Of a stretch of 64,000 bases of DNA, positions 20,059 through 29,695 are shown piece after piece. The translations under genes and the position numbers were made by a program. Numbering within the stretch: position 1 is the first letter of the stretch; each line of letters starts with the position of its first letter. Location of the stretch: the NCBI GenBank assembly GCA_030748775.1, contig JASMLH010000002.1:13732-77731 (forward strand), written 5' to 3'. The notes under the pieces are model-generated. The model did no database searches. It saw only the letters and a list, made by a program, of their open reading frames with translations, and was not told the origin of the DNA. This DNA is from Candidatus Thalassarchaeaceae archaeon. Lineage in GTDB: Archaea; Thermoplasmatota; Poseidoniia; Poseidoniales; Thalassarchaeaceae.

Positions 20059-21630
20059 ATGCTCTCGATGATGTCAAAATCCTCGAGCACTCCCATAATT
20101 ATCGCCATAGTGCTCTTTTCATTATCACACAACTATCCGATTATGCCAGAGCCTCTGCAAGAAGATGAACCACTTTTTACAAACTCAATCAACTCATCAG
20201 CAAATTTCACTTCCGCCGGAACCTCTACTGTAGCCCTTTCAGGAGAGCCGGCTCACGTCGGGGACCAGGTCGTTGCCTCGATTCTCGTTAGTAACATCGG
20301 CCATTCTACGGGTTTTGCTACATTGAACATTAATAATGAAGAAATTGACCAATCATTTTCGGGCGACTCGGTTGAAATAACACCAGGTTCAAGTAGAGAG
20401 GTCAAGACCTCGTTTTTTCCGACAAATCATGGCCCAATATCATACAGTTGGTGGGTTTCAAGTAACGGTTCGGATGTAAACCAGAGCCTTAGGGGGGAGT
20501 TCATTGTAGAGGTGCTTCCCAAGCAGACAATCTCAACAACGATCAACTCTTATGATTGGAGTGCAACTGAAGGACTTCAGATTGAAGTTTCTCTCTACTT
20601 ATCTTCTGGAAGCTCCAGAGAAGTAATATTGGACGTTACTGGTTCGCTAAAAGAAACTTCCAGCCTATTACAGAGTATTACTATTGATCTAGATCCAGGC
20701 CGTAGGAACTTCAATTTTGAACTCGGAAGCCCTAATTCTGACACTGTCACAGTAGGGTTGAACACAATAGGGTGGCTACCCAGAAATGACTCAGTAAACT
20801 CAACTTCAATTGACGTTAAACCACCTTTGGCAGACCCTAGCGAGCTGTCTGTTGATGTCTTTGTGACAACCATGGAACCCTCTGCCGGTGAGCCGCTTCG
20901 ATTGAGGGTGAATCTGACTAATGGTGATGACTTGCAAGCCCATAGTGGAAAAATTAGAGTGCTGAGAAGTTCAGACCAGACGATATTGGCTGAATCGCTG
21001 ATTTCCGCAGTAAACCCAGGTGTCACAATCAGCCATGAGATTGTCATTCCATCATGGCCTGATTCCGATATCGTGCAGTTGGAAGTAATTTGGATGTATG
21101 GTGCCCTCTCATCGTCAATATTTCATTCTGTAGAATCATCCGTCCAAGAGAAGGGATTCTCTCCTCCATTCGACATTTCGGCCGCGTTAATTGGCGTTTT
21201 GTCAGGAATAGTCATTGTCCTGTCCGGGCGCCTCGTCTGGAGAGCTGCATCATCCAGAACCCCAACCACCTCAGAATCCCGAATTAGAGAGACCAGGGTT
21301 GAACGGGACTCACGGTCAAGGAATATAATATTGAAAGAGATACCTTGCCCGTTCTGCGAGCAGCGACTATCAGTCCCTGCCGACCACTTTGGAGATGCAA
21401 AATGCCCTTCTTGCTCAATGCAGTTCAGCGTGTTGGGAAAACCTGATTCCTCCGTCCAAAAAATAAATGTTCCCGAAGAAAATCAAACCACTTTTCCGAA
21501 ATCGAAGTCATCCAGTGATCTCTTAGAGTGCCCGGAATGCGATCAAACCCTTAAAGTTCCAATGGAAAAGAGGCCCGTGCACTCCCGATGTCCTGTATGC
21601 AAGATTGAATTCTTGGCCGAATCAGGGTGA
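20059..21630 (+). CDS. Membrane protein with Ig/CARDB-like extracellular domains and two C-terminal zinc ribbons
   Basis: N-terminal hydrophobic segment, beta-rich region, TM helix, CPFC/CPSC and CPEC/CPVC. Start codon uncertain. Confidence 0.8.
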   Translation: MLSMMSKSSSTPIIIAIVLFSLSHNYPIMPEPLQEDEPLFTNSINSSANFTSAGTSTVALSGEPAHVGDQVVASILVSNIGHSTGFATLNINNEEIDQSFSGDSVEITPGSSREVKTSFFPTNHGPISYSWWVSSNGSDVNQSLRGEFIVEVLPKQTISTTINSYDWSATEGLQIEVSLYLSSGSSREVILDVTGSLKETSSLLQSITIDLDPGRRNFNFELGSPNSDTVTVGLNTIGWLPRNDSVNSTSIDVKPPLADPSELSVDVFVTTMEPSAGEPLRLRVNLTNGDDLQAHSGKIRVLRSSDQTILAESLISAVNPGVTISHEIVIPSWPDSDIVQLEVIWMYGALSSSIFHSVESSVQEKGFSPPFDISAALIGVLSGIVIVLSGRLVWRAASSRTPTTSESRIRETRVERDSRSRNIILKEIPCPFCEQRLSVPADHFGDAKCPSCSMQFSVLGKPDSSVQKINVPEENQTTFPKSKSSSDLLECPECDQTLKVPMEKRPVHSRCPVCKIEFLAESG

Positions 21631-21634
21631 TATT

Positions 21635-22309
21635 ATGACTGAATTCAGTGATATAGAACAAATGTACATGAAGTCTATTTTCGAGGTACATAGTTCGACC
21701 CCCGATGCAATAGTAAAGACAACACAGTTAGCACAGATAATGGGTATCGCTCCTGCTTCGGCTACAGAAATGGTCCAACGCCTTTCCGATCGAGGTGTGG
21801 TTACTCACATCCCATATCGAGGATTCCGCCTCACTCCAGAAGGATTTCAGTTAGCTGCAAGAATAAAGCGGAGGGAGGGCTTGGTGAAAATTCTGCTCGC
21901 TGATGTAATAGGTTTCAATGGAAACGTTATGGAGGCAGCTTGCAGAATGGAACACGCCATTGATGATGATTTGGAGGCTACTCTTGACAGGTTTCTGGGG
22001 TACCCAGAACATGATACTGATGGGAACAGAATTCCCGGTATTGAGAGAGAAATTGACCCTCCCGTCATTGGATCTCTAATACCGATCTCCAGTCTACCTG
22101 AAGGGGCATCTGCGACTATCGAAATGCTGGTTTTCAATGGAGTCGACGAAGTAACACTATCAGATGTCGGCCTCAGTATTGGAGCAATTATTTCAATGAC
22201 TGGGGGAATGCTATACTTGGGAGAAACAGCGATTAGTCTGTCATCAGGCCTATCCAAGAGCGTCATTGCTAGAGTAATTGGGATGGGGGTAGATTCCGAT
22301 GAGGGATGA
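21635..22309 (+). CDS. DtxR/MntR-family metal-dependent transcriptional regulator
   Basis: YMKSIF, APASATEMVQRL, PYRG, ACRMEH, FLGYP, FeoA-like tail; GGTGA RBS. Confidence 0.88.
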   Translation: MTEFSDIEQMYMKSIFEVHSSTPDAIVKTTQLAQIMGIAPASATEMVQRLSDRGVVTHIPYRGFRLTPEGFQLAARIKRREGLVKILLADVIGFNGNVMEAACRMEHAIDDDLEATLDRFLGYPEHDTDGNRIPGIEREIDPPVIGSLIPISSLPEGASATIEMLVFNGVDEVTLSDVGLSIGAIISMTGGMLYLGETAISLSSGLSKSVIARVIGMGVDSDEG

Positions 22310-23876
22310 CGTCGACCAAACATTACTGGAAGTTGAATCTGATATGGATTCTATGCTTGCGGCTCTTGAGGAGGAGGATGAATCCGAGTTAGACGTACCT
22401 CTTAGGGACAAGGGCAATACCAATGAATACTCTGATTCGAATTACAAGAGATCCCTGAAGGCAAGAGAGGCGGCTCTAACTGGAGTCGACGACCTGCTGA
22501 TAAGCGGAGGTGCTAGACTTATTCTGTTGCTGCCGATAATTGTCGTAGTTCTTTTTGGTCTTGCACAGTCATTCCGAGACTCTGAGCCAGAATGGTGGAT
22601 TGGTAGCGTTAGCGGGCTATTTCTCGATCTAAGCATTTCGAAAGCAATATATCTCCTCGCTCTGGTAATTATGGTTGCCGATCTGGTTCTATTGTTCGTT
22701 CTCCATTATCTTATGTGGTTGACTCGAAGGATTTTCAAGTTGGAGAGTGACGAAATTACAAGATCTGGAGTCACATTCCGAAGTGCCCATGGATACACGG
22801 AAATGAAGGCTGTAATTGACGGTTCTACGAGTCAGCTAAACCTAACAACATCACTGATGATTATTGCGACACTATTTCTTTCTCTGGCTCTGAACTTCTC
22901 TACCGATACCCAAGGTGTGCCTGTTCTAATAGCACTATCAACGGGTGCACTTCTTTCGGGGCATAGCGTCTACATGGTTTCGGATAGGCCAAGATTCAAC
23001 ACTGTAAATCCATGGGGCCTATTAGATGCATTCTCTCCGCCAATTCACCCTGCTCTACTGAACAAACCGTTCACAGATGTAATCCGAGCCCATGTGGACC
23101 CCCTTCTTGCAGTAAGAGTTTCAAAATACGTTTCCTCATTCAATAGTAACCTACGCCAGGGAACCTCCCTATCAGATCTCCAAGAGTACATTCTTCAAAT
23201 GCTGCATATGCTCCGGTCGGGCATTATTGAGGAGGATGAGTTTCAGGCTGCACTCGAATCGGTTGTCGATGCTAGAACAATAGACCAGATTATCAACCAC
23301 CCTGATCTTGGTGAGGAGACACTGGAAAGGCTATTGAGCCACGCAAGAAGCAGGTGTGCCCCGTTCTTCCGGCTCACTGATAGACTGAGGATGCACATTA
23401 ACAACTCTTCCAATTCCGGAATTTGGTTCGATGTAGACATGGAGAACCTTACACTTGGACAGGCAAATCTGTTTGCGTTCGTTCTCAATCAGACGGATCA
23501 GAGCCAAGATCTAGTAATCAGAGTCCAGACTCCTGACTTTAGGCCCAACGAATGCGTCTACAGGCTAAGGGTCAAGCCCCAAGAAGTATCAAAACTAGGA
23601 GGAATGCCTCTTTATCAGAAGATTTCTGAATCGATGCTTGAGTCGGGGATAATTTGGCAGACCCTCATTCCCTCTTCGATGGGGGACGCAACCGTAACTG
23701 TAAGGCTCGAAGACTCAGCGGGAAATCTGATTTCCGGGAAGGTCCTCACCGCTCAAGTCAGATCCGATCTCTTTACAAGGCTCAGAATGACAACAGGTGC
23801 CGTATTCATGATTGGCGCCGCATTAGCCATTATTTCTCCTATGCTTCCATTCGTAGCCAATTTACTGGGCCTTTAG
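22299..23876 (+). CDS. Hypothetical membrane protein
   Basis: 525 aa; four N-terminal TM segments, a soluble domain and a C-terminal TM helix. Overlaps the regulator stop. Confidence 0.8.
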   Translation: MRDDVDQTLLEVESDMDSMLAALEEEDESELDVPLRDKGNTNEYSDSNYKRSLKAREAALTGVDDLLISGGARLILLLPIIVVVLFGLAQSFRDSEPEWWIGSVSGLFLDLSISKAIYLLALVIMVADLVLLFVLHYLMWLTRRIFKLESDEITRSGVTFRSAHGYTEMKAVIDGSTSQLNLTTSLMIIATLFLSLALNFSTDTQGVPVLIALSTGALLSGHSVYMVSDRPRFNTVNPWGLLDAFSPPIHPALLNKPFTDVIRAHVDPLLAVRVSKYVSSFNSNLRQGTSLSDLQEYILQMLHMLRSGIIEEDEFQAALESVVDARTIDQIINHPDLGEETLERLLSHARSRCAPFFRLTDRLRMHINNSSNSGIWFDVDMENLTLGQANLFAFVLNQTDQSQDLVIRVQTPDFRPNECVYRLRVKPQEVSKLGGMPLYQKISESMLESGIIWQTLIPSSMGDATVTVRLEDSAGNLISGKVLTAQVRSDLFTRLRMTTGAVFMIGAALAIISPMLPFVANLLGL

Positions 23877-23910
23877 TTCGTTTCAATAAGGTGACTACAC
23901 TCGCGAGCAT

Positions 23911-24894
23911 ATGGGCCCAGAGGAGCCAAGGGACGACGATCTCAGAACTAGGCTTCATGCTATGGAGTCCAAACTGAAGAGAATGAGGGATCAGAGGGAC
24001 TCCCATAACGAGGCAGCCAGACGAGCCGCCGACTCCCGAAACTCTGTCCAAGAACAGGGAAGGGAGCTAAGGGACTCAATCAAGGGAAAAATGGAGGACC
24101 AGAAAGAAACACGGGCAAGAGCCAAAGTCCATCAGGCTAGGAGGGACGAGATCCAGAAGAATGTTAGGGAGCTTTTCTCGAGGAAGAAGGGCAGGAGGGA
24201 CGATGGACCAGGAAAATCTGTTGTAATTCAACTATCTGAGACCCTGGGCGAGATTGAAAAAATCGAAAACAGGATTATGACAGACGGTAGCCTTTCATTG
24301 GAGAAGGAGAATACTCTAATCAAGAAGCTGAGATCACTGATTTCACGACGTGAAGAGTTAATTCCCACAGTCGAGGAACATCAGATTATTTCTATTGACT
24401 TGAGTGATATGGATGAATCGATACAACGCCTTAGAGCCGAGGCAGACAACGAGCATCAGAAAATGATAGAACAGAATAAGCTAGCGGATGAGATTTGGAA
24501 CGATATCAAGCCCTTGCTCGAAGAGCGAGATTTCCTTAGGGGCGAGGGCGACAGGCTACACTCAATTTTCGTCAGCGAGAGAGAAAAGGCAGATGAGACT
24601 CACTCATCAATCGTTGAGATGCTTGCCAAGGTGAATGAAATAAAGGATGAGCTGAAATCCCAAAGGTTAGAGCGTGAGAGATTGGTGAGGGATCACAACA
24701 AATCAGTTAGGGAGGCCCTGAAGACCCCCGATCAAGATGAAAATTTGGCGGAAGATCTCTCAAAAAGGCTACTCGAGGAAGGATCAATTACGTTTGGCGG
24801 AACTGCCCCCACATCATCCGGGGACGTAGGCCCAAGTAACAGTAACAAGAAAACTACTCGGAGATTGGGTACTAGCAGGGGAAGGAAGAGGTGA
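23911..24894 (+). CDS. Coiled-coil protein (COG1340-like), paralog 4
   Basis: RDSHN/RNSVQ/RDEIQ repeats, IENRIMTDGSLSLEKENTL, ADNEHQKM. Confidence 0.8.
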   Translation: MGPEEPRDDDLRTRLHAMESKLKRMRDQRDSHNEAARRAADSRNSVQEQGRELRDSIKGKMEDQKETRARAKVHQARRDEIQKNVRELFSRKKGRRDDGPGKSVVIQLSETLGEIEKIENRIMTDGSLSLEKENTLIKKLRSLISRREELIPTVEEHQIISIDLSDMDESIQRLRAEADNEHQKMIEQNKLADEIWNDIKPLLEERDFLRGEGDRLHSIFVSEREKADETHSSIVEMLAKVNEIKDELKSQRLERERLVRDHNKSVREALKTPDQDENLAEDLSKRLLEEGSITFGGTAPTSSGDVGPSNSNKKTTRRLGTSRGRKR

Positions 24895-25884
24895 CTACCA
24901 TCCTCGTTTATCAAGCCTGACTTCAAGGTCGTCTATATCCAGTCCTGGCATAGCCTCTCCTACCATCTCACTTGCTTCTGCAACAACGCTATGATCATCG
25001 AAATGATGAGTGGCCAGAACTATTGCCTCTGCAGTGTTTTTGGGATCAGAGCTCTTGAAAATTCCTGACCCCACAAAAATACCATCCATTCCATGCTTCA
25101 TCATCAAAGCAGCGTCAGATGGGGTCGCAATCCCTCCCGCCGAAAAGGTAACTACCGGAAGTCTGCTTTGAGAAATCACATCGTTCAATACCGATTCTAC
25201 CTCACTACGGAGGTGTTCGATTTCCCCGAATGGAGTAGTTGAAACCTTCACTCCCAGTTCTGAAGAGTCCTCCAACCTCTTGTAACCCCCCATTATCACG
25301 TCCACCATTCCTTCCAATTCGGATTTGCTTGCACCTTTGGCCTCTTCTATCTCATATGATACAAGCCTGGCATGCTGCACGGCGCTGACTACATTTCCTG
25401 TCCCAGCTTCGCCTTTTGTCCTAATCATTGCAGCCCCTTCTGATATTCTCCTGACTGCTTCTCCTAGGCTTGTACAACCGCATACGAAAGGAATGGTGAA
25501 GTTCTTCTTTGCTATATGGAAGAATGGATCTGCAGGGGTCAAGACCTCTGACTCATCTACCATGTCAACGCCAAGCGCCTCTAGAACACGAGCCTCCTCA
25601 TCATGCCCAATTCTGGCTTTGGCCATTACTGGGATGCTGGTTGTTTCGATAATTTCCTTGATTAGTTGAGGATGACTCATTCTGGCAACTCCACCACTGG
25701 AGCGAATGTCTGCAGGAACTCTCTCCAGTGCCATTACCGAAACAGCTCCTGCGTCTTCGGCTATATGCGCCTGTTCGGGAGTAACTACGTCCATCACGAC
25801 TCCTCCCTGCTGCATTTTGGCAAATCCGCGCTTCAGCAATTCTGTACCATGTCGCATGCTCTCAAGATCTAACCTATCGGACAC
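24895..25884 (-). CDS. pdxS: PLP synthase lyase subunit
   Basis: [41 protein letters not shown]. Confidence 0.97.
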   Translation of the reverse strand: MSDRLDLESMRHGTELLKRGFAKMQQGGVVMDVVTPEQAHIAEDAGAVSVMALERVPADIRSSGGVARMSHPQLIKEIIETTSIPVMAKARIGHDEEARVLEALGVDMVDESEVLTPADPFFHIAKKNFTIPFVCGCTSLGEAVRRISEGAAMIRTKGEAGTGNVVSAVQHARLVSYEIEEAKGASKSELEGMVDVIMGGYKRLEDSSELGVKVSTTPFGEIEHLRSEVESVLNDVISQSRLPVVTFSAGGIATPSDAALMMKHGMDGIFVGSGIFKSSDPKNTAEAIVLATHHFDDHSVVAEASEMVGEAMPGLDIDDLEVRLDKRGW

Positions 25885-25935
25885 GCCCAGCGCTTCGGGT
25901 TTACATTGAAGAACCTATTTCCTGAAAGGCCATGT

Positions 25936-26214
25936 TCACGAATCGGCTAAGACGGGGGAGTCCCCCTCTGCCAGTGGAAGCCCTGGAGCCTCATCCTCAT
26001 TCCTTTCCAACCATTCCATTTGGTCATCAGGAAGATCCGTATCCGCATAGATCGCCTCGGCAGGACACTCGGGAATGCATGCTGCACAATCTATGCACTC
26101 GTCGGGGTCAATTACAAGGTACTCTTCGGCTTCCCTAAATGCCTCTACTGGACAGACGTGTACGCAGTCTTGGTATTTGCAGCGCACGCAGGCGCCGGTT
26201 ACTACGTGTGTCAT
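25936..26214 (-). CDS. 7Fe/dicluster ferredoxin (FdxA type)
   Basis: MTHVVTGACVRCKYQDCVHVCPV..CIDCAACIPECP; ATG at 26214. Confidence 0.92.
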   Translation of the reverse strand: MTHVVTGACVRCKYQDCVHVCPVEAFREAEEYLVIDPDECIDCAACIPECPAEAIYADTDLPDDQMEWLERNEDEAPGLPLAEGDSPVLADS

Positions 26215-26260
26215 ATGGAAATATTGGGCCCACGAATAGCATATCAAAGCTTTCGTTCTC

Positions 26261-26695
26261 TCAATGCGAATCAATTAGTTCTCGGAGAAATTTCTCCGCT
26301 ACCGAGAAAACATCTTCATTCGGGTAAACCTCCAATTTGAATGTCCCCTTTACAACAGGGCCATTTCTTTCGCATTCCAGAGAAGCCTCACCGCTCACAA
26401 GTTTCGATAATGATGCCCTGATATGGAGTACCTTATCCTCGTCAATTCTCGCTGCAAGATCTTCATCGATAATCGTGAAAATCTGTTCCTCACCAAATTT
26501 ACACAATGAGGCGACAGCTACTTTTTTCTTCATAGTTGAAATAATCGATACCATGGGAGAACCATGGGCCGATTTACTGTGATTGATGGATATCTCAGAC
26601 TCGCTACCTGCTAACCATAGCATTGCCTCAGCAATAATCTCGATGTCATCCACTGCACTTGCATGGACTCTCCATGCTCCACCATGGATTCCCAT
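26261..26695 (-). CDS. Predicted RNA-binding protein (COG1325-like)
   Basis: VHASAVDD, SAHGSP, RIDEDKVLHIRASL, KLEVYP. Likely start ATG 26695, since the longer ORF overlaps rps3ae. Confidence 0.65.
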   Translation of the reverse strand: MGIHGGAWRVHASAVDDIEIIAEAMLWLAGSESEISINHSKSAHGSPMVSIISTMKKKVAVASLCKFGEEQIFTIIDEDLAARIDEDKVLHIRASLSKLVSGEASLECERNGPVVKGTFKLEVYPNEDVFSVAEKFLRELIDSH

Positions 26696-26825
26696 ACAAT
26701 GTCCTAGCGACGAATCACCTTCAATCCGCCGTATGATTTTACCAAATCCCGGGATTCCGTTCAAATACTGGTGGTAGTTCGCACGGCTCGCGAACGGGGA
26801 AGCCCCCGATAGAGGAGTTGTCATA

Positions 26826-27758
26826 ATGGCCAAAGGTGCATCGGCTAGAGCGGCAGCTCGAAGGCAGAAAGACAAATGGAAGGCAAAGCGCTGGTTCTCA
26901 ATCAGAGCTCCCAGAAATCCCTGGTCGTTCAAGGTAATTGGTGAGACTATAGCGGAGGATGAATCCATGCTCGTTGACCGCCCCTATGAGGTCATGCAGA
27001 ACGAACTAGATGGTGACTTTTCCAAAATGCACGTCAAAATCAAGTTCAGAATAAAGGACGTCGTGGGAAACGATGCTCTGACCGAGTTCGTTGGCCATGA
27101 TGTGATGAAGGACTTTGTCAGACGACAAATTAGGCGAGACAGGGGTAAAGTTGACGATACGATAGATGTCGTTACCGATGATGGCTATTTCATCAGGATT
27201 AAGCCATTCATAGTGACTCGTTCTAGGGTCAAAGGAAGTCAGAAGCAGGAAACACGTAGCGTCGCTAGGAACGAGGTAATCACATTTTGTGCAAAGACAA
27301 CCTGGATAGGAGTTCAGCAAGCGCTATTGGACGGTTCTCTGGAGGAAAAAGTAACTAAGGCAGTTTCGAAGATTCAACCAGTCAGGGCCGTCTTCTTTCG
27401 TAAGAGCCAACTAATTCAGGACGGTGTGGTTATTGATGATGGGCCAACCCTCGAAGAAGTAAAGGCAGCTGAGAAGGCGTCAATAGAAGCAGCAAATCAG
27501 AGTTCCGAAGATGTGGTAATTGAGCCGGGTGAATCCGATGAGGAAACAGTAGATGTAGCAGAAATCGGAGACGATGAAATATCAGATGACTCGCTAGCCC
27601 ATGAAGAAAACGAAAGTGAAGAACCATCCGAAGAAGCCGGAGAGCCAACCTCAGATTTTGAATCAATGACTGTTGTACAATTGAAAGAGTTACTGAAGAA
27701 GGCAGGCAAGCCTGTTTCAGGAAAGAAAGCCGATCTGGTTGCACGTCTCTCGGAGTGA
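26826..27758 (+). CDS. rps3ae: 30S ribosomal protein S3Ae (eS1) with acidic linker and C-terminal SAP domain
   Basis: KDKWKAKRWF, TEFVGH, VTDDGY; C-terminal MTVVQLKELLKKAGKPVSGKKADLVARL. Confidence 0.93.
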   Translation: MAKGASARAAARRQKDKWKAKRWFSIRAPRNPWSFKVIGETIAEDESMLVDRPYEVMQNELDGDFSKMHVKIKFRIKDVVGNDALTEFVGHDVMKDFVRRQIRRDRGKVDDTIDVVTDDGYFIRIKPFIVTRSRVKGSQKQETRSVARNEVITFCAKTTWIGVQQALLDGSLEEKVTKAVSKIQPVRAVFFRKSQLIQDGVVIDDGPTLEEVKAAEKASIEAANQSSEDVVIEPGESDEETVDVAEIGDDEISDDSLAHEENESEEPSEEAGEPTSDFESMTVVQLKELLKKAGKPVSGKKADLVARLSE

Positions 27759-27762
27759 GGAG

Positions 27763-28521
27763 ATGCCCCGCATTGCGGTGCTTTGCGGAACTGGAATGAG
27801 CTCGTTTGCATCAGAACTACATTCCAAGGAAGGTATAGCTCCTGGTTGCATGATTGCTGAATCCCCGTGGGGAGATGTACCACTGTCAATCGTCAAGATG
27901 GAAAAAGGAGAAGTGGTAATTATTGATCGCCACTTCTCAAATTCGGATTCTAGGACCCCTCCACATTCGATAAATCATAAGGCCAATGTCCACGCCGCAA
28001 TTAGTAGTCAACCAGATATGGTTGTTAGCGTAAATTCAGTTGGCTCTATTCGTTCAGATTTGAAACCAGGAATGGTGACAGTGGCCGGAGACGTTCTCGA
28101 TCTGTCGATAAGGCCTTGGACATTTCATGATGACAATGCCATCCACACCGATCGAACCTCGATATTCAGTCAAGAAGCCTCAAACACGTGCAGCAAAGTA
28201 ATTTCTACAGTTCAGGATTCATCCCCTGCAGGTCTGGTTGTTGCACAATGTGTAGGCCCGCAATTCGAGAGTCCAGCTGAAATCGATGCTCTCGAGCGCT
28301 TAGGTGCCGATGTGGTTGGAATGACTCTCGGCCCCGAGTCAAGACTGATTTCCGAAACTATGCTTCCATACGTCTGCCTTCCATGTTGCTCTAATTGGGC
28401 CGCTGGAAGAACACCCGGTGACCCCAATGCAGAAATCTCTCACCACGAAGTAGATGAAATTGCATCAGGAATGAGGAATGTTGTGGCATCATGCATCATG
28501 TCTCTACTCGAAGAACTATAG
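27763..28521 (+). CDS. MTAP-family purine nucleoside phosphorylase
   Basis: GTG, DRH, PPHSIN, SVGS, GPQFESPAE, DVVGMT, NWAAG. Confidence 0.9.
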   Translation: MPRIAVLCGTGMSSFASELHSKEGIAPGCMIAESPWGDVPLSIVKMEKGEVVIIDRHFSNSDSRTPPHSINHKANVHAAISSQPDMVVSVNSVGSIRSDLKPGMVTVAGDVLDLSIRPWTFHDDNAIHTDRTSIFSQEASNTCSKVISTVQDSSPAGLVVAQCVGPQFESPAEIDALERLGADVVGMTLGPESRLISETMLPYVCLPCCSNWAAGRTPGDPNAEISHHEVDEIASGMRNVVASCIMSLLEEL

Positions 28522-28536
28522 AATTTGAATTTCGAA

Positions 28537-29061
28537 CTAGCCAAAGAATTCAATTTGTAATTCAGAAATTTGTTCCCGAGAAATAGCATTTGCGTATGCT
28601 TCAAGAGGTTCTTTATTCAGGTTTAGAAACTGCTCACCGAAATTGAACGGACGCAGGATAATCCGGGCTTGATCTTTGTAGCCCAATATTGCGAGAGATG
28701 CCGCTAGGGCTTCTACAGATGACAATCGCCCAACTTTTCCCCACGAAACAGGGTTTGCAGCGAGTAAAACCGGAAGAATCCTACTCTCCAGATTTGTCTT
28801 GTCTTCGATGAAACTTATCGACTCATGGATTTTCTTCCATGAGCAGTCAAGAACCACTAATGAAGCACCCAATTCGATTAATTCTTTGTCTTCGGGTCCC
28901 ATAATTACCGTTGCATGCGGATCAAGAAGATAGCCTCTGCGGGGGGCCGAATCTGCCTTGTTGTGGACCCTTGCAAGCCCCTGGGAGCCTAACTTCCTAG
29001 CTGTGCATTTTTTCGGGTCATCCTGTCCAAGATGAATCACATGAAGTGGTACAAGGCTCAC
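28537..29061 (-). CDS. tsr3: 16S rRNA aminocarboxypropyltransferase
   Basis: QDDPKKCTARKL, DCSW, LPVLLAANPVSWG, LSSVEA. Confidence 0.92.
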   Translation of the reverse strand: MSLVPLHVIHLGQDDPKKCTARKLGSQGLARVHNKADSAPRRGYLLDPHATVIMGPEDKELIELGASLVVLDCSWKKIHESISFIEDKTNLESRILPVLLAANPVSWGKVGRLSSVEALAASLAILGYKDQARIILRPFNFGEQFLNLNKEPLEAYANAISREQISELQIEFFG

Positions 29062-29064
29062 AAT

Positions 29065-29625
29065 CTATCTCCTATTTCTAGCACCTTTCCTTGATACTCC
29101 GAGCCTTCTGGCCTTCTTCCTAGGGGCCTTATCCATATTGCCAGTGCCGATTTCGGTTACAGCGTCCGAGATTGTCATTTCACTATGAGATGACGACTCG
29201 ACAACTCGAGAATTCCTAGGCGCTGCCTCAACGAATAGTTTGATTCCTAGTGACTTCGAAATCTTTTCCAGTATCGAATCTGTCGGCCTAATACCATTTT
29301 CCGCCTTTTGTATAGCTGATACTTTCAGGTTCATTGAACTAGCTAATTCAGACTGAGACAAGCCACTAATCTCTCTAGCCTTCCTAATCCTAGAATGGAA
29401 GTCTGGAGCTAACTCCATTTCCTCTTTGGTCATGATATCGACGCCTGAAACCCCCTTCCCGAGTACCCGGCTCTCGGGATTAGATTTGGGCAATTTCACA
29501 ATCCTACTCTCAACAGCTAAGCCCATAGAATCGATACACTTGGTGCAGCACTCGAGCAATGTTCCGCGCACAGTAGCTCTTCTTGTCGCGATTCCTTCGA
29601 ATCCGCATAGCTCACATGTGCCCAT
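29065..29625 (-). CDS. mbf1: Archaeal multiprotein bridging factor aMBF1
   Basis: CELCG..CTKC zinc ribbon plus HTH (IRKARE..GLSQSELA); next to pan. Confidence 0.88.
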   Translation of the reverse strand: MGTCELCGFEGIATRRATVRGTLLECCTKCIDSMGLAVESRIVKLPKSNPESRVLGKGVSGVDIMTKEEMELAPDFHSRIRKAREISGLSQSELASSMNLKVSAIQKAENGIRPTDSILEKISKSLGIKLFVEAAPRNSRVVESSSHSEMTISDAVTEIGTGNMDKAPRKKARRLGVSRKGARNRR

Positions 29626-29695
29626 GGCTAACCCAACATCTCGTGTAACATGATACCTTCGCAGGTGTCATAAACACGTGCCAAGAAGGCGAATC

